Both the position numbers and the translations under genes were made by a program. The notes beneath the pieces are model-generated. The model searched no databases. It worked only from the letters and a program-made list of their open reading frames with translations, and was not told the DNA's origin. 64,000 nucleotides of DNA from Octopus bimaculoides (lineage: Eukaryota): contig NC_069001.1 of the NCBI RefSeq assembly GCF_001194135.2, positions 27,468,409 through 27,532,408 of the forward strand. Reading direction: 5' to 3'. Positions 49,411 through 62,445 of the stretch are shown here, one piece after another (the stretch's first letter is position 1; the number at the start of each line of letters is the position of its first letter).

Positions 49411-50367
49411 TGTCCCTTATTACTCTTTTCCTTTTCTCCCCATATTTTCTTTTATTGACGATCTACTACTGTTTAACCACTCAAAAGAAAAAAAAAACAC
49501 GGAAGTGACAGCAGCAGTCCTTTTTACATTGAAGCCATTTATTAAATTTAAAAAAAAATTATTATTTAATTTGAACCAACCGTTCTGCAAATTAATGCCA
49601 CGAACTTCTTATCTTAAGTCTGTTAGTAAAATGTTTTCTTTTTTCATTTTAATTTTTAAAAAATGTTCCGTGAAAACAAAGACTGGACCGCTGTGGTCCT
49701 CTCAATTGCTTTAGTAAATAGATGAAAATAAGAAATTCGTATCACGAAACATGTTCTCGTTTTTTTACTTAGTATTCGAGAAATTCTATGACACACATGA
49801 CCAGCTGATTAAATACTGTTCGGTGACACGAGGCACACGAAGATGGCCAATGGCACAGTTTTTGAACTTGATTAACACAGCAGTATGAAATGCTTTTTGT
49901 TATATAGTTAAGAGCACACGCAGTCGAAAGAGGAAAACAAAATCCAATCTAGGATCGAATTTTTAAAAAATGCTGGCTAAAGAACTCCTTGGTGATGAAG
50001 AACCCGAAGAAGCAATTTCAGTATACGAAAAGTAAGAAAATATGTAACTCACGAGGATTTTGCGGGATTTTCCCTTGAAGAAAGAAGAAAGTATATGATG
50101 GAATTAGCTTTCAAAAATGTCAGACATTTGCATGCGAAAGTCACAGCGATGGAACAGTTTTGTGCTTTAACTGTATGAATATCTACTTTTCAATGAAAAT
50201 TTAACTTGGACTTGCGTGGTCAAATACATATGTCTATGTAATAGTTTTTCATGTTTCCCAGGGTTATAATCAACTTTGCTACCGTACCTTACCTTACAGC
50301 TGGGTTCAGTTTATAGTTGTCTGCGTTGTGGCGTCATTTTATTTTCTTCATATTATACTTGGATATA

Positions 50368-50589
50368 AAGTGGCAAGCCGGCAGATATCTTTAGCAGGCG
50401 ATGTAAAATGCTTATACGGAATGTCTTCCGACTTTACGTTCTGAGTGAAAATGGCGCCGGGTCCACTTTATCTTTCATCATTTGAGGGTCGATAAAATAA
50501 GTACCAGATAATTACTGGGATTGATATAATTGATTAGCCCTCTTTCAACAAAAATTGCTGGCTCCATGCGAAAATTTGAAACCATTATT
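50368..50589 (+). mobile_element. SINE family A, decayed
   Basis: ttacgttctgag...ctttcatc...gggtcgataaaataagtacca...aaaatttgaaaccattatt. Confidence 0.8.
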
Positions 50590-50797
50590 TTCTTGAGTAT
50601 AAGGGGGACAAAGAAAGAAACAAAACACCGTCACTGTCGTGACTTCTGGTACCTGACTGAGGAAAGAAGGCCAGGAATGAGCCGTCTCTTTTTGCTTGTC
50701 CTTCTAATTGTTGTTTCTCTTGCCCGATTCTCTTTCTCTTGCTCGTCTATCTGTCCGAATGTTTTATTGTCCTCTATTGCATTTTTGTTCCATTGTC

Positions 50798-50833
<36 letters not shown>

Positions 50834-50864
50834 GTATACAGACAGTTTTTTCTATTTTCCATGT

Positions 50865-50985
50865 ACCAAATCCGCTCACAAGGCTTTGGTTGGCCAAAAG
50901 TGCCACGTAGCGGGATTGAAACCCGGAAACGTAGTTGGGAAGCAAGCTTCTTACTACCCAGCCATTGCCTGCACCTATATTAGGG
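50865..50985 (-). mobile_element. SINE family D head, internally deleted
   Basis: ctcacaaggctttggttggcc...ttgggaagcaagcttcttac is the reverse complement of the family D head. Confidence 0.75.
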
Positions 50986-51603
50986 TAGTCATATAATATT
51001 TGATAGTACCAACGCGGATTACTTGCGCTCGGTTTAGATCGATCTACTATAGGATTATGAAGCATTTGTAAACATGCACAACCACGAGTGAGCGTATATT
51101 TGTACGTATGCACACACTGATGTACGTGTACGCATATGTGTGTACGTATGTACAACCCGTGTATGTGTGTGTATATGTGTGTACCTATGAATAAATTTGT
51201 ATGTGTGATACATGCAATTGCATGTAGTTATCAGCAGATTGCTCACCTGATAAAAAATCGAATTTATTAAGTTGTATAGAAAAGCGTGACTAATAAACAT
51301 CGTTTAGTAACTAATAGGAAGATTTCAGATATCATAAAAAAAAAGGTGTATTTGTGTTCATGGAATGTGATACGTAGCATGTCATAAATTGGTTAGCAGA
51401 ATGTAATTCCACACTTCGGTATAGAAGAAACTATTCGCAGCATTATGGCTACTAAGTGAAGTAGTCCTAATGTTGAGAGACAGGTGTTGGTTGCTTATGG
51501 TGAAAAAACGAAAAATATATCAGGCATTGCCAAAGTTCTATACTTTTGTAGAGAAGGTGCACAATGGATGAAGTGATATAAGCAAGCTAACAATTTACAT
51601 ACT

Positions 51604-51641
<38 letters not shown>

Positions 51642-51784
51642 TATATAGATATAGATAGATAGATACCTGCATACGAGCATGCATACTTACTTAAACATAT
51701 ACATACACACAGACGCATATGCATGTATGTGTATATATATATAAGTACATATCTTATATGTATGTATGTATCCCAGTATGTATG

Positions 51785-51873
<89 letters not shown>

Positions 51874-51875
<2 letters not shown>

Positions 51876-52165
51876 TGGTTGTCTACTCCTTAAACAGAGT
51901 TTGACCACCTCCTGTACCTACACCTTAGTCCTTTCATGGCGTCTGATGTGGCTTTTTAAACCAGACAGTGTTTTGAAAAAAACCCCACACAGATTGCACC
52001 TCTGATTTGCACTACCAATACCTGCAAGTAAGTGCTGCTCATTGTGGATCCTAACATGTCTTTTAAGACCCCCATTGGATTTGCAAACCCTCTGGCACAC
52101 ACCACATTCAAACGTGTGCACAGGCATATAATCAGAATAGCTGGATGAGGTTTGTTTTCCATGGG
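51874..52165 (-). mobile_element. Tandem C2H2 zinc-finger ORF fragment, most likely the 3' end of an RTE-type LINE
   Basis: FECGVCQRVCKSNGGLKRH...H and CNLCGVFFKTLSGLKSH...H; stop at 51918; short 3' UTR with an inverted repeat (51874-51909), then (TA)n. Also bounded by (TA)n upstream. No TGEKP linker. Confidence 0.6.
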
Positions 52166-52397
52166 TATATATATATATACTCACACAAATATACATCTAT
52201 ATGTATGCACACACACACACACACAATATATATGGGAGCATATATTCGGCATTTGTTATAATGTAGCATAATATATCTGTAGTTATTAAATAAATAAGTA
52301 AATTGGAGATCGTTTCATTATATACAGGAATAGCGTTTTACGTTATATGAAGATGCAGTATTTTATTTTTATTATAGATTATTTTGCTAAAATAGAT

Positions 52398-52617
52398 TAG
52401 ATTCTTTCCTACTCTAAGTACAAAGCCCGAAATTTTGGGAGACGGGGCCAGTCGATTAGATCGACCCCAGTACGCAATTAGTACTTAAAATATCGACCTC
52501 GAAAGGGTAAAAGGCAAAGTCGACCTTGGCAGAATTTGATCTCAGAAGGTAAAGTCAGACGAAATAACGGTAAGCATTTCGCCTGGCGTGCTAACCTCTC
52601 TGCTAGCTCACCGCCTT
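52398..52617 (-). mobile_element. SINE family A
   Basis: gtcgattagatcgaccccagt...aaaggcaaagtcgacc...aagcatttcgcctggcgtgctaac...agctcaccgcc. Confidence 0.9.
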
Positions 52618-53014
52618 TAAAGTAAATTAAATTAGAACTCTTTAGCAGTTCAAATAAGTGTTGCTATTTAAAGATGATTTATCAAATATATAATTTAACT
52701 TAATTTACTCTGCGAAACTAAGAAAGAAATAACTCGCATGCTAAGAATTTATAGTTAAGGAGATGTTACTTATATATATTACGAAAGAAATAAAAATTCT
52801 GGAATATACACATTTATATATATTATGCATATGTTAGAAATAACCTTATTTAGGCAATATATTATATATATTTATATTGTATAAAATTATAGATATAAAT
52901 GCTTGTTCTAATAAGGATCTAATTAACATAGTTTCAAATTTAGTAAAAATATTTATGGTTAAGAAGAAACCAAAACATTTAGTGATATTAATACTTAAAG
53001 AATGATAAATGATA

Positions 53015-54250
53015 TTTATGAAATAGATATTTAGGAGTGTGTAAGACAAGCCGAACATTTTTCAACTCTCATTTAATAATTATTTACTAGAAAAAATGTT
53101 ATAGCACTCTGAAGTGTAGAATTGACAATTTCTATCTGGTGTATTGTAAGATTTTGTAGAACATATAATATTTCATCTAATTTTAAAACTGATATTAATG
53201 TCTTCTAATTTCCAGATGAATTTACTAAGACTAGTCGAAGAGCGTTTACTGGGATTTCTAAAAAATATTCATGGTTAGCCAATATAAATTTCATATATGA
53301 TTCCGTAGAACCAATGTAGAAAAAGAGCTTCTACTATTGCTTCGTATACGAAATCCTTCCGTTTGCAATAATTATTAATTTTACATTGCTCTTTAACCCT
53401 ACAATCATAGAACTTACGAAGATTTTCACTAGAATTAGTAGGTGTGTTATGGGCAGTAGTCTCCCTTTGATCGTTTATAATTGAATATTTTAATTGGGTT
53501 TTATGTGGTACATTAGGTGTTGGTTCATTAGTAGGGATATTGAATTTTCGCTTAGCGTAAAAATTAACTAATTTTACATAATTCATAGGAGATACGAGAA
53601 ATGGAATGACCACATATGAAATGTCTATTCTGAATTATGTCACTCTATTTGTTTTTATTACGAGAGAAATTTTGGTTTATTATCCGACGTATAAATTTAA
53701 TTAAGTTTCTTTTTTCTTGATTAGCGAAGGGCAATATTAAGCAGATAATATTCTCCTTTATCTTATTTTTACTAGAACTTAAGATTAACATAGTTTGTTA
53801 TAATGAATTTTATGTATGGTATATAACATTTATTTTTTCTTCTTTATTTGTAATTAGTATTAATGTTGATATTATTATTGTAAGATCCCATGTTCCTATT
53901 GATCTGGTCAATGGCTAATTTATTATTTATATTATTCTGATTTTGGTCATAACGTGCTTTTGGTTTTTTATGTTTAGTGTGTAATATATGTACTTTATGT
54001 TGCTATTATCAATATCAGGAAATGCGTTAGTCTTAGGTCTTATCTTTGTCGTTTCTACTACTCTGTTTCTATGTTGGTTATTTTTGTTCAGTATATAGTT
54101 ATTGTCTAATCTATTAGTTGCTTTAGCTTTATTTATTGTATTAATCATAGCTTTGGTGCTAAGTTTTTTTTTTGTATGAAGGTTGTAGTTTCTTTCTTGT
54201 AGATGATTGTTTGTTATTAATTCTATGTAAACCATGCTTAATATACATAG
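53015..54250 (-). mobile_element. Penelope-like element 3' fragment: linker, Cys motif and GIY-YIG endonuclease, decayed
   Basis: Asn-rich linker, ENIICLILPF...NLIKFIRRII, DCRVKEQCKINNYC (53361-53413), FVYEAIV...FYIGSTE (53301-53318), STSLSKFIWKLED.N..FKI.*.II. This order matches PLE C-termini. Stops and frameshifts. Confidence 0.85.
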
Positions 54251-54577
54251 TTTTCTGTACGTACCATGCTTTACAAATGCAATATCATATAATTCTTTGT
54301 TGTCGTTAAATATATCTTCATTTAATGAGAGGTAATTTATTCTTTTTTTTCTACGTTATTAACTAAATAACTTTGGGTGATTTCTTTTTCATATTAATAT
54401 AAGTCCTTTTGGAGTTAGACTTATGGGATGGCACATATTTTCCAGCATTAAGATTAACATTCAGGTTTTAAAATTTAACTGAGTTGTGCTATGTTTCAAC
54501 TGAAATAATTAATCCAAAACAGTTAAAGAACTTGTGGAATTTTTTCCTGAATAATTCTTGTGTGTACAGGGGGTGCG

Positions 54578-54782
54578 GTGAGGGCTGAAAAGATCTTGGC
54601 TTTAGGAAAAGAGAATGCAGGAGAATCAGATAATTATGATTTTACTCAACATAATTCCCTTCTCAGATTCACACACTTATGGCTAAGGTCCTTTCTTAAC
54701 CCCGTAAAAGAAGTTAGAAGGCTGGATGTCCATACAGGCTTTACATGATGGCCTTAAAGCCAGGATCTTTTCAGCTTCCTAT
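54578..54782 (-). mobile_element. Mariner-derived MITE (family of 30089)
   Basis: TIRs gctgaaaagatcttggcttta / taaagccaggatcttttcagc. Internal atgattttactcaacataattccctctcagatt is the reverse complement of about 30195-30230. Confidence 0.8.
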
Positions 54783-55527
54783 CCTTTACACACACACACA
54801 CACACAACACGCGCACACACATACACACATATACAAACCATTTTGTATATATAGTTACATTTTCTCCAGTCATACATAAAGATATACAAACGTGCATATT
54901 TTACATACACAACGATACATATATATATGTTCGTATAAATACATTAAGTTAGAATTGCTAAGAGGGATGTAGGTAAATATTTCGAACAAAGTAATCCATA
55001 CAACAGTATGAATTAATAGATTTTAAGATAACTCTTGCTATTAGGAGAGTTATGAAGAAAATTATCACGAATATTAAACATGAATATTCCTAGAGCTAGA
55101 GATATTGATGAAATGAGAATATAATGTTTTTAAATATTCTATAGAATGAATCTAAGCTTGCAGAAACAATGTAGACTTCGAAAAATGCATTATTCAATTT
55201 TCTGTTTTTTATTGTTTCTAAATTAAAATTGTAAAAATTAAATGAAATATAATATATTTTTTGAGGGGATAGCATTGAATTGATGATTCTGAATTTAATT
55301 GTCAGCAAAAATAAGAAAACGTACTCGAGATTATTGAGTCAAGACGAAAGGAAATGCCATTAGCTTCAATCGCGTGTCGAAAAGGTTTCATTTTTTTTAA
55401 TGTACCACACAGTTTAACATTTTCATGCATTCTCCCATAGATACATATGCATATAGACAAACATATATGTATATATACATGTAAGGGTACACACACAGGC
55501 ACACACACACACACTCAAGCACACACA

Positions 55528-55563
<36 letters not shown>

Positions 55564-56065
55564 AACGTACATGTATCTATATATCTGTTAACTAAATTCA
55601 TCTACAATATATCAAAATATATGTATGCTTATATATGAATGCACATGTATCTCTCTTTTTATATATACGTATAAATATATGTGTGTGTGTGTGTGCGTGC
55701 ACGAGCTAGCTTTTTGTATAATTCCATTCAATGTATACATGAAATTAGGGATTTCCTGCCGAATAAATTATGTTCACTTCTCTTTATGCTGTCTATACTC
55801 CCGATAAGTGTGTATCAGTTTAGCAGAATGTACGTTGTATCACAACATAAGATGTATTGTAATGTACATTGTGTTATGGCGGTGCAATAATTAGTTGTTT
55901 AACGTAGATCTTCCTATTGAGTAAACGATAACATACGACATTATAAAAGATGACATCTTTACATATTTTGCGGACCCGTTTCATGCTTGTAGTTGTACAT
56001 TTTTGTGTACCTAGTTCGTCTCACGGGAGAAGTCATGCTCTTTTCAGTAAGTTAGTTATGGAGTT

Positions 56066-56368
56066 CGCGGGCGTGGGTATGAGGTAAGAAGCTTGCTTCC
56101 CTACAACATGGATTCCAGTTCAGCCCCACTGTATAGCATCTTGGGCAGGTGTCTTCTACTATAGCGTTGGGCTAACCAAAGTCTTGTCATTAAACTTGGT
56201 AGATGGAAATGGAAAGAAGCCCGTCGTATATATATATATATATATATATATAAGCAATGTTAATTCTCTATATGAAGTATTAACAGTAACTGCACGATAA
56301 AGTGTAGTATATTGCAACAGTAACATCCACCCCTAGGGGTCAGCCACACTTAAGTGGCAATATACTAC

Positions 56369-56419
<51 letters not shown>

Positions 56420-56630
56420 TTGTGTGTGTGTGTGTATGTATGTATGTCTTTTTGTCTGTGGTTTTTTCCCCCCCACTATCTCTTAACAACCAATGGTCAT
56501 ATGTTTAAGTCCTCGTAACTTAGCGGCTCGGGCAATAGCGACCAATAAAATAAGTACTAGGCTTACAGAGAATTAGTCCTGGGGTCGATTTCTTCGACTA
56601 AATATCTTTGAGGCGGTGCTCCAGCATGAA
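56066..56630 (+). mobile_element. SINE family D with an expanded internal microsatellite and a nested insert
   Basis: Head at 56066, gaagcccgtcg, (TA)n, insert 56252-56373, (TA)(TG)n, then the 3' part ending ggcggtgctccagcat. Confidence 0.9.
56297..56375. mobile_element. Miniature inverted-repeat element (19-bp perfect inverted ends including TA)
   Basis: ataaagtgtagtatattgc ... gcaatatactacactttat; internal palindromes acccctaggggt and cacttaagtg. Confidence 0.8.
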
Positions 56631-56991
56631 ACGTGAAAAAGAAAAAGGATTAAAGAATAGGCGATTGCCTGGTAGGATAGCTTTGCAACTACGTGGGTTA
56701 GGCTTCAGTCATCTCTAAGTTAACTTTCGTCCTTCTAGAAAACCAATAAAATTCGTACTATAAATGACATAATCTATTATTTCTGACAAAGCGTTAGATA
56801 CCCTAGAAACAAATTTGTGGAAAATGAAAATGAGGCGGAGAAAAGGCCATATTTAATTAAATGAAGACGTTATGAATATCTTGCCTAAAACCATCTCGGT
56901 GAAAGAAGAACCTTTTGAACGAATATTGTAAGCTGTTTTCTGAACGATATTGAAGGAAGAGAAAACGAAAACTTCAATGTTATTAGCATAA

Positions 56992-57205
56992 GGTGGTAAG
57001 CTGACAAAACCAGCAATGTCTCGGACAAATGCTTAGCAGCATTTTTCCTGTATTTTCGTTCGGAGTTCAAATTCCATCAAAGTTGACCTTGCCTTTCGAC
57101 TTCTCGGGGTCGATAGACGAATTACCTTTTGTACACTGGTTTACCTGTTGTCGGCTAGTCCCTATCACACAATTTCAGGCTTCATATTTGATATAATAAG
57201 ACTAT
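56992..57205 (+). mobile_element. SINE family A, decayed
   Basis: ggtggtaagctgac...aaatgcttagc...gagttcaaattcc...ccttgcctttc...ggggtcgata. Confidence 0.75.
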
Positions 57206-58310
57206 TTTTTTATTATTTAGAGGGGGTGGAGTGAGTTCACTGATGAGGCATCTTTTCTTATGCGACTGCCTTATCGAACCATACCTACTTCAAGCTGTTA
57301 TTTATTTTCTTAAAAATAGTAGATGAAGCTCCTTTATCACCTTTGTTTCAAAAGGATGGCGATGACGGAAACTCCACATTGGGGAATATACTTTATTAGG
57401 TACTATACATAGTTTAGTGTTAGCTGTGTATTATGAAACACGGGGAAAAGATGGGCCTGAATACGTTTGAACATAAATTTTCTTTGGGAACAATTTGGTA
57501 ATATAGAGCAATCAAAATAACAGAAGAAAACCTTCAAACCATAAATATCCTCTGCTTTTATGATAGTGCAGTGTAATTTGAGTGAGATTTAACTGCTAAA
57601 TCCCGATGATGGTGCGATCTTGCAAAAGGAATCCTTCTTGTGTATAGTAGCTTTCAATCGATGTAATTAAGTACCACTTGAGCTGATACATGACAGGGTT
57701 CGTAATGAGAAGCAAACATACTATTCCATCATGAACCGTGATAGAACGTATTGTATTCTCGAGAGATGTATCGTGAGTTTGCTGCCCATTCCACCACTTG
57801 AGAAAGCCTCAATAGAAAAGGTGCTTAATTATAGCAGTTAAATCTACGTCATTAAATTTTCAAATAAATTGATATGAATCTGCAGACCTGGAACTAAATT
57901 CAGAACGGTGTTGCACATTGCGAAATAGCACTTAGTTTACATAAGTTGGATTTAAACTAACGCTTACATCCAGCTTTCAAAGTGAAGACAAGAATAATTA
58001 TTGGAAGCGAATTTTCCGTCAGATATCTTAATCCATCAATAGTATAATATTGCTTCCAAAGATCAGGTCATCGACGTCATTCCACAAGAATAGACGCGCA
58101 TAAGACCGTTCCCATTGCATCCAGATCAATCATATGCTCACCACTTCTAACATCCGACTAAAGTTAAGCGAGCTTAACATATAGAATAAAGTAAATATTA
58201 TACCATGAATAACATTACATTATTGAATTATTGCTTAAGTAACACATCATAGATTTATGATTCACTAATGTACCATGCACAGAAATGTTATGTGTTTATG
58301 TGTGTGTGTG

Positions 58311-58350
<40 letters not shown>

Positions 58351-59989
58351 CGCGTGTACTTGTATATATGTGTGCACATACACACAAACGCACACACGTT
58401 CACACACATATTTTCAATTTTTATGATTGTTCAATAATTTGAAGTTCTTTTATACATTTCCGTTCTTATACCTCTACATACCTTCCACTAGTCCACAATA
58501 GCCCAGTGGATGTGTTTATTGCTTCATTCAACTACAGTATTTATAACAGTCAACTGTTAGATATTTGTAGATATAAGCCAGCCCATATCCGGTAAGCTCA
58601 GCGTCATCAATTCGCCGTTTTTGTCTTGTTTTTTAATAAAATAGTTTTTTTTTTTAACTATTAATGGTGATATACTATGAATATATTTTCCCCGTAAACT
58701 TTCCTCGAGGTGAACATAACGATGTGAGTCCGGATCCAACGCGTATGGAAAACTCACTTTTTTTCCGTCGAGGGTTTATATTCCCCAATATTAGACTATT
58801 TCTTTTAGTTAATACTCGGTGATGGTCTCTGAGATTTAAGCTTACAAAAATTATTATTATTATCATTTATTGTTATTATTATTTACAAAATTGTAAAATT
58901 CTGCACCGCTTACCAAATGTCTGCACATACATACATACGGCCTCTCCGTCTTTCGAAGATGACTGTTTAGTTCGATCAACTGAAATACATGCTCTTTCTG
59001 TGACACGTCCGTGGCTGTGTGCTCTGCAGACCTATGTTTAATTAATGTAATTGTCAAGCAGTGATTATAGTGGTACAATGTGTGATAAGGTTGCAATTCT
59101 TGAACAACAGGTAGAATCCAAGCGACAGTGTCTGTTACTTTTTATTTCCTGCACCTCATTTCATTTACAAATTATGCTTTGGTCCAAATATAAAGAAAAT
59201 TGCCAAAAACACCACACCGAGGGACCGAAACCGCGAACCTGTGATTGCCTGACAAACACTTAAACGTTCAATTTTACTGTGTTTACAAACACAGGCACCA
59301 CCTCTGTCTCATACACGCACACACACACACACACACACGCATTACATACACACACGCACTACACACACGTACATATATATTCATCTTAGATAGCAAATGT
59401 GAGTGCGTGTATATGTGTGTGCGAATTATTTTAATTCATAATAGTTCATATACTTGTGTTTAATTATCGTCTTAATTATCGATTCGATGCGTGATAATTC
59501 GCTAAATGAGACAGTAGTGAATTACCTATCTGATGAAGAGTTGATTTATTGACGTATAAACTGTGAAACAAGAGAGATATAGGTGGGTTTAAATTGTTAC
59601 TTCTGTACAAGTGAAGCGTTTATAGAGCTTAATTTGGCATAGTATAACAACAGGCATTCTTTAGTGGAAATGTCAATGCGGTCGTCCGGCAATTGTTCTG
59701 TAGACGCTCTGTCCGATCAGAAAGACTGCTGTTCTAATCTTGTCTCAAATACAAATATAGACAAACGGGCTGAAGTCATGCAGAAATCTTTCACATGTCG
59801 CATCTTTGCCGCTTGATCTCCCAATCTCAGCGACCCACATCATACGTCCCCTTTTAGAGTAATACTATGTAAAGTGACATGATCTTCTACACAAAATAAA
59901 GTTACTATACAGTAGTTATTTGCGTTCAATTCAAATCGCCCACAAAATGTCAGAAATATATTTCAAAATACATGTTGGTATATATGAAC

Positions 59990-60236
59990 GGAGGCGCGTG
60001 GCTTACTGGTTAGGGTGTCAGCATCATGATCATAAGATTGTGGTTTCGATTCCTGGACCGGGCGCCGCGTTGTGTTTTTGAGCAAAACACTTCATTTCAC
60101 GTTGCTCAAGTCCACTCAGCTAGCAAAAATAAGTAACGCTGCAATGGACTGGTGTCCCGTCCAGCTGGGTAACACATACGCCATTGAAACCGGGAAACCG
60201 GGCCTATGAGCCTGGATAGGCTTTAAAAGGGCGCAT
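59990..60236 (+). mobile_element. SINE family B, full length
   Basis: ggaggcgcgtggcttactggttagggtgtcagc...ggtttcgattcctggaccggg...gggcgcat. Confidence 0.92.
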
Positions 60237-60951
60237 TTATTATTATTTATATACACATATATACATAGATGAAGAATCGAGCATCTAGTTTAGAAATCTC
60301 CCCTCACGGACTGAACTATCAGACAACAACACAGGATAGTGTCAACAGAGTGTCCATGCAGCTGAAATCCAGAAAATTCGATGAATGAATTTCCTTCGGT
60401 GTGTATAAATCAGAAAAAGTCAGTAGGTGTGAGAGACGAATATATTTATTTAACATCATCCTTAGGATAACAGCCGTGACGCAGCATTCGTCATGTAGTA
60501 CTATGTTCAGTGTGGAATAAAAAGTTACCATGCGTTTTACAATACATTAGTATATTCACAAACCAATGCCAATAAAGGGAGTTAATAAGATCATCAGTAT
60601 ATCATAGCTATACGAACGATTCAGCTAAGTATACATACAAAATTTTCTCTTTATATATGGAATGTATGGAAGCCCGAAAAAAAAACCCTGCGTACCCCAC
60701 CAAACATACATATACAGTTCCCTATGTATTTTTTTTTTATAGCATATATATATATCATATGATACACTTTTCAAGGTATTTGCTTTTTCATACTTTAACT
60801 ACTTTATGTCCTGTTTATCCCTCCCTGTTGCTTGTTAACATTAAGTATGGTCAACTCACTGAACTTCTGTGTAGCATCTAAATTGATATAAAACGCATAT
60901 CTTTATTTTGATCACACCAATGTCATTCCAAGCTTCTACACATTGTATATT

Positions 60952-61893
60952 TACAGGGGTTGGACAAAATAATGGAAACACCTTAAAACTTCAAATAAAT
61001 TTAGTATGATATGGGGTAGGAATGTCGTTGGCAGTAATTACATCTTGAATTCTACTCGTACAAAGTTTGAATTGTTTCCAAAGGAATTTTTGTCCATTCT
61101 TTAGTTAAAACAGTCTCCAGTTCTTGTAGTGATGATGGTGGGGGATATCGACTCCTTAACTGCTTTTCTAAAATGCACCATAAATGTTCAATAATATTGA
61201 GATCCGGGGACTGTGGTGGCCATATAATATATTTAACTTCATTAGAATCTTCTTCGTGCCATTCAGCAACAAATTTAACTGTGTAAATTGGTGCATTATC
61301 ATCCTGAAAGATGGCGTTTTCCACCGGAAACAGTTCCGCAACCATAGGATGAATGCGATCAGATAAAATGCATAAATAGTCTTCACTATTAATTCTTCCA
61401 TGAAGGGAAACCATTGCGCTGGCAGACTTCCAAGATATAGCCCCCACCCCAGATTATCGCAAATCCTCCTCCATGTTTAATAGTTGGAAGAAGGCAGTCT
61501 GGGTCAAATACTTCATTTGGCTCTTCACACATACTCGGCTGGTGGTCGGAAATAAAGTAAAAGATGTCGTCCGAGAAAATAACATTCTTCCACTGCTCTA
61601 GAGACCAATTCCGTGGGTTTTTACTCTACTCTAAACACTTTGAACGTTTGTTTTTGAAAGTAGTGGTTTTCTGATTGCTGCCCTCCCACGAAATCCGGCT
61701 TTGTGCAACTCCCGGCAAACTGTTTTTGTGGAAACTGGGTTCTTGCGGTGGTCATTAAGCTCTGAAGTAATTTTGGGAGCTGTGCCTTCCTAACAATTCG
61801 CTTAAGAGTCCGACGCACCCTATCTGAAAGTTTTGGCTTTCTTCTAGAGCTTTGTTTCGAAGAGGAGGTGTTTCCCTTTTTCGCAAAGACTGT
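60952..61893 (-). mobile_element. Tc1-like (DD34E) transposon, 5'-truncated, transposase pseudogene
   Basis: TA + TIR caggggttggacaaaataatggaaacacc at 60954. Minus strand: KPKLSDR.RRTL (HTH), WKNVIFSDD, AIFQDDNAP, WPPQSPDLNIIEHLW. Frameshifted. Confidence 0.93.
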
Positions 61894-61894
61894 C

Positions 61895-62043
61895 ATTCAC
61901 TACGTCAACTCGTGTGCGTTTCGAAATTTAAAAGTCCCGCTCCGTTTAAAAGAGAAAAACTGTCGTAAACAATAATTTTGTTTTTCTTTTAAACGGAGCT
62001 GGACGTTTAAAGTTCGAAACGTACACGAGTTGACGTAGTGAAT
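61895..62043. repeat. Fold-back / MITE-like element (63-bp arms, about 23-nt spacer)
   Basis: attcactacgtcaactcgtgt.cgtttcgaa.tttaaa.gtcc.gctccgtttaaaaga versus its reverse complement at 61981-62043; 5 mismatches. Confidence 0.92.
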
Positions 62044-62408
62044 ATTTTAGAAATGGATGTTACTTTCTCCAAATGAAGATTGCAAAGAATGTTTTCTCAT
62101 GCACAACATGAAACCAATTGATATAGGGGTATGTAAACTATCTTCAAATCCCATCCTGAAGGTAGGTCTATGTATTGAAGTGCTCATTGCGTTGCTCGTG
62201 TGTGCATTCATCGTAGGATTGGTGCGTTTTGAAACTTTCGGATTCGTTTTTGGCAAGCGGTATTTTTACTCTTCTTTTATTCAAATATTTAATATTATAC
62301 CTATTAAGGTGGAAGTCTAGCTAACAGCTCCATTATTACTGTTTTTAACAGTAACAATGCTGTCATATAGTATATATATATATATATATATATATATTTT
62401 TTGTCATG

Positions 62409-62445
<37 letters not shown>

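Noticed and set aside
57240-57290. ctgatgaggcat...atgc as a hammerhead (also ctgatga at 41379 and ctgacga at 45874)
   Set aside because: GAAA is missing after the stem, or stem II is absent.
59690-59900. Possible additional mariner 5' remnant on the minus strand
   Set aside because: Only a vague resemblance; I could not read a TIR or a convincing peptide.
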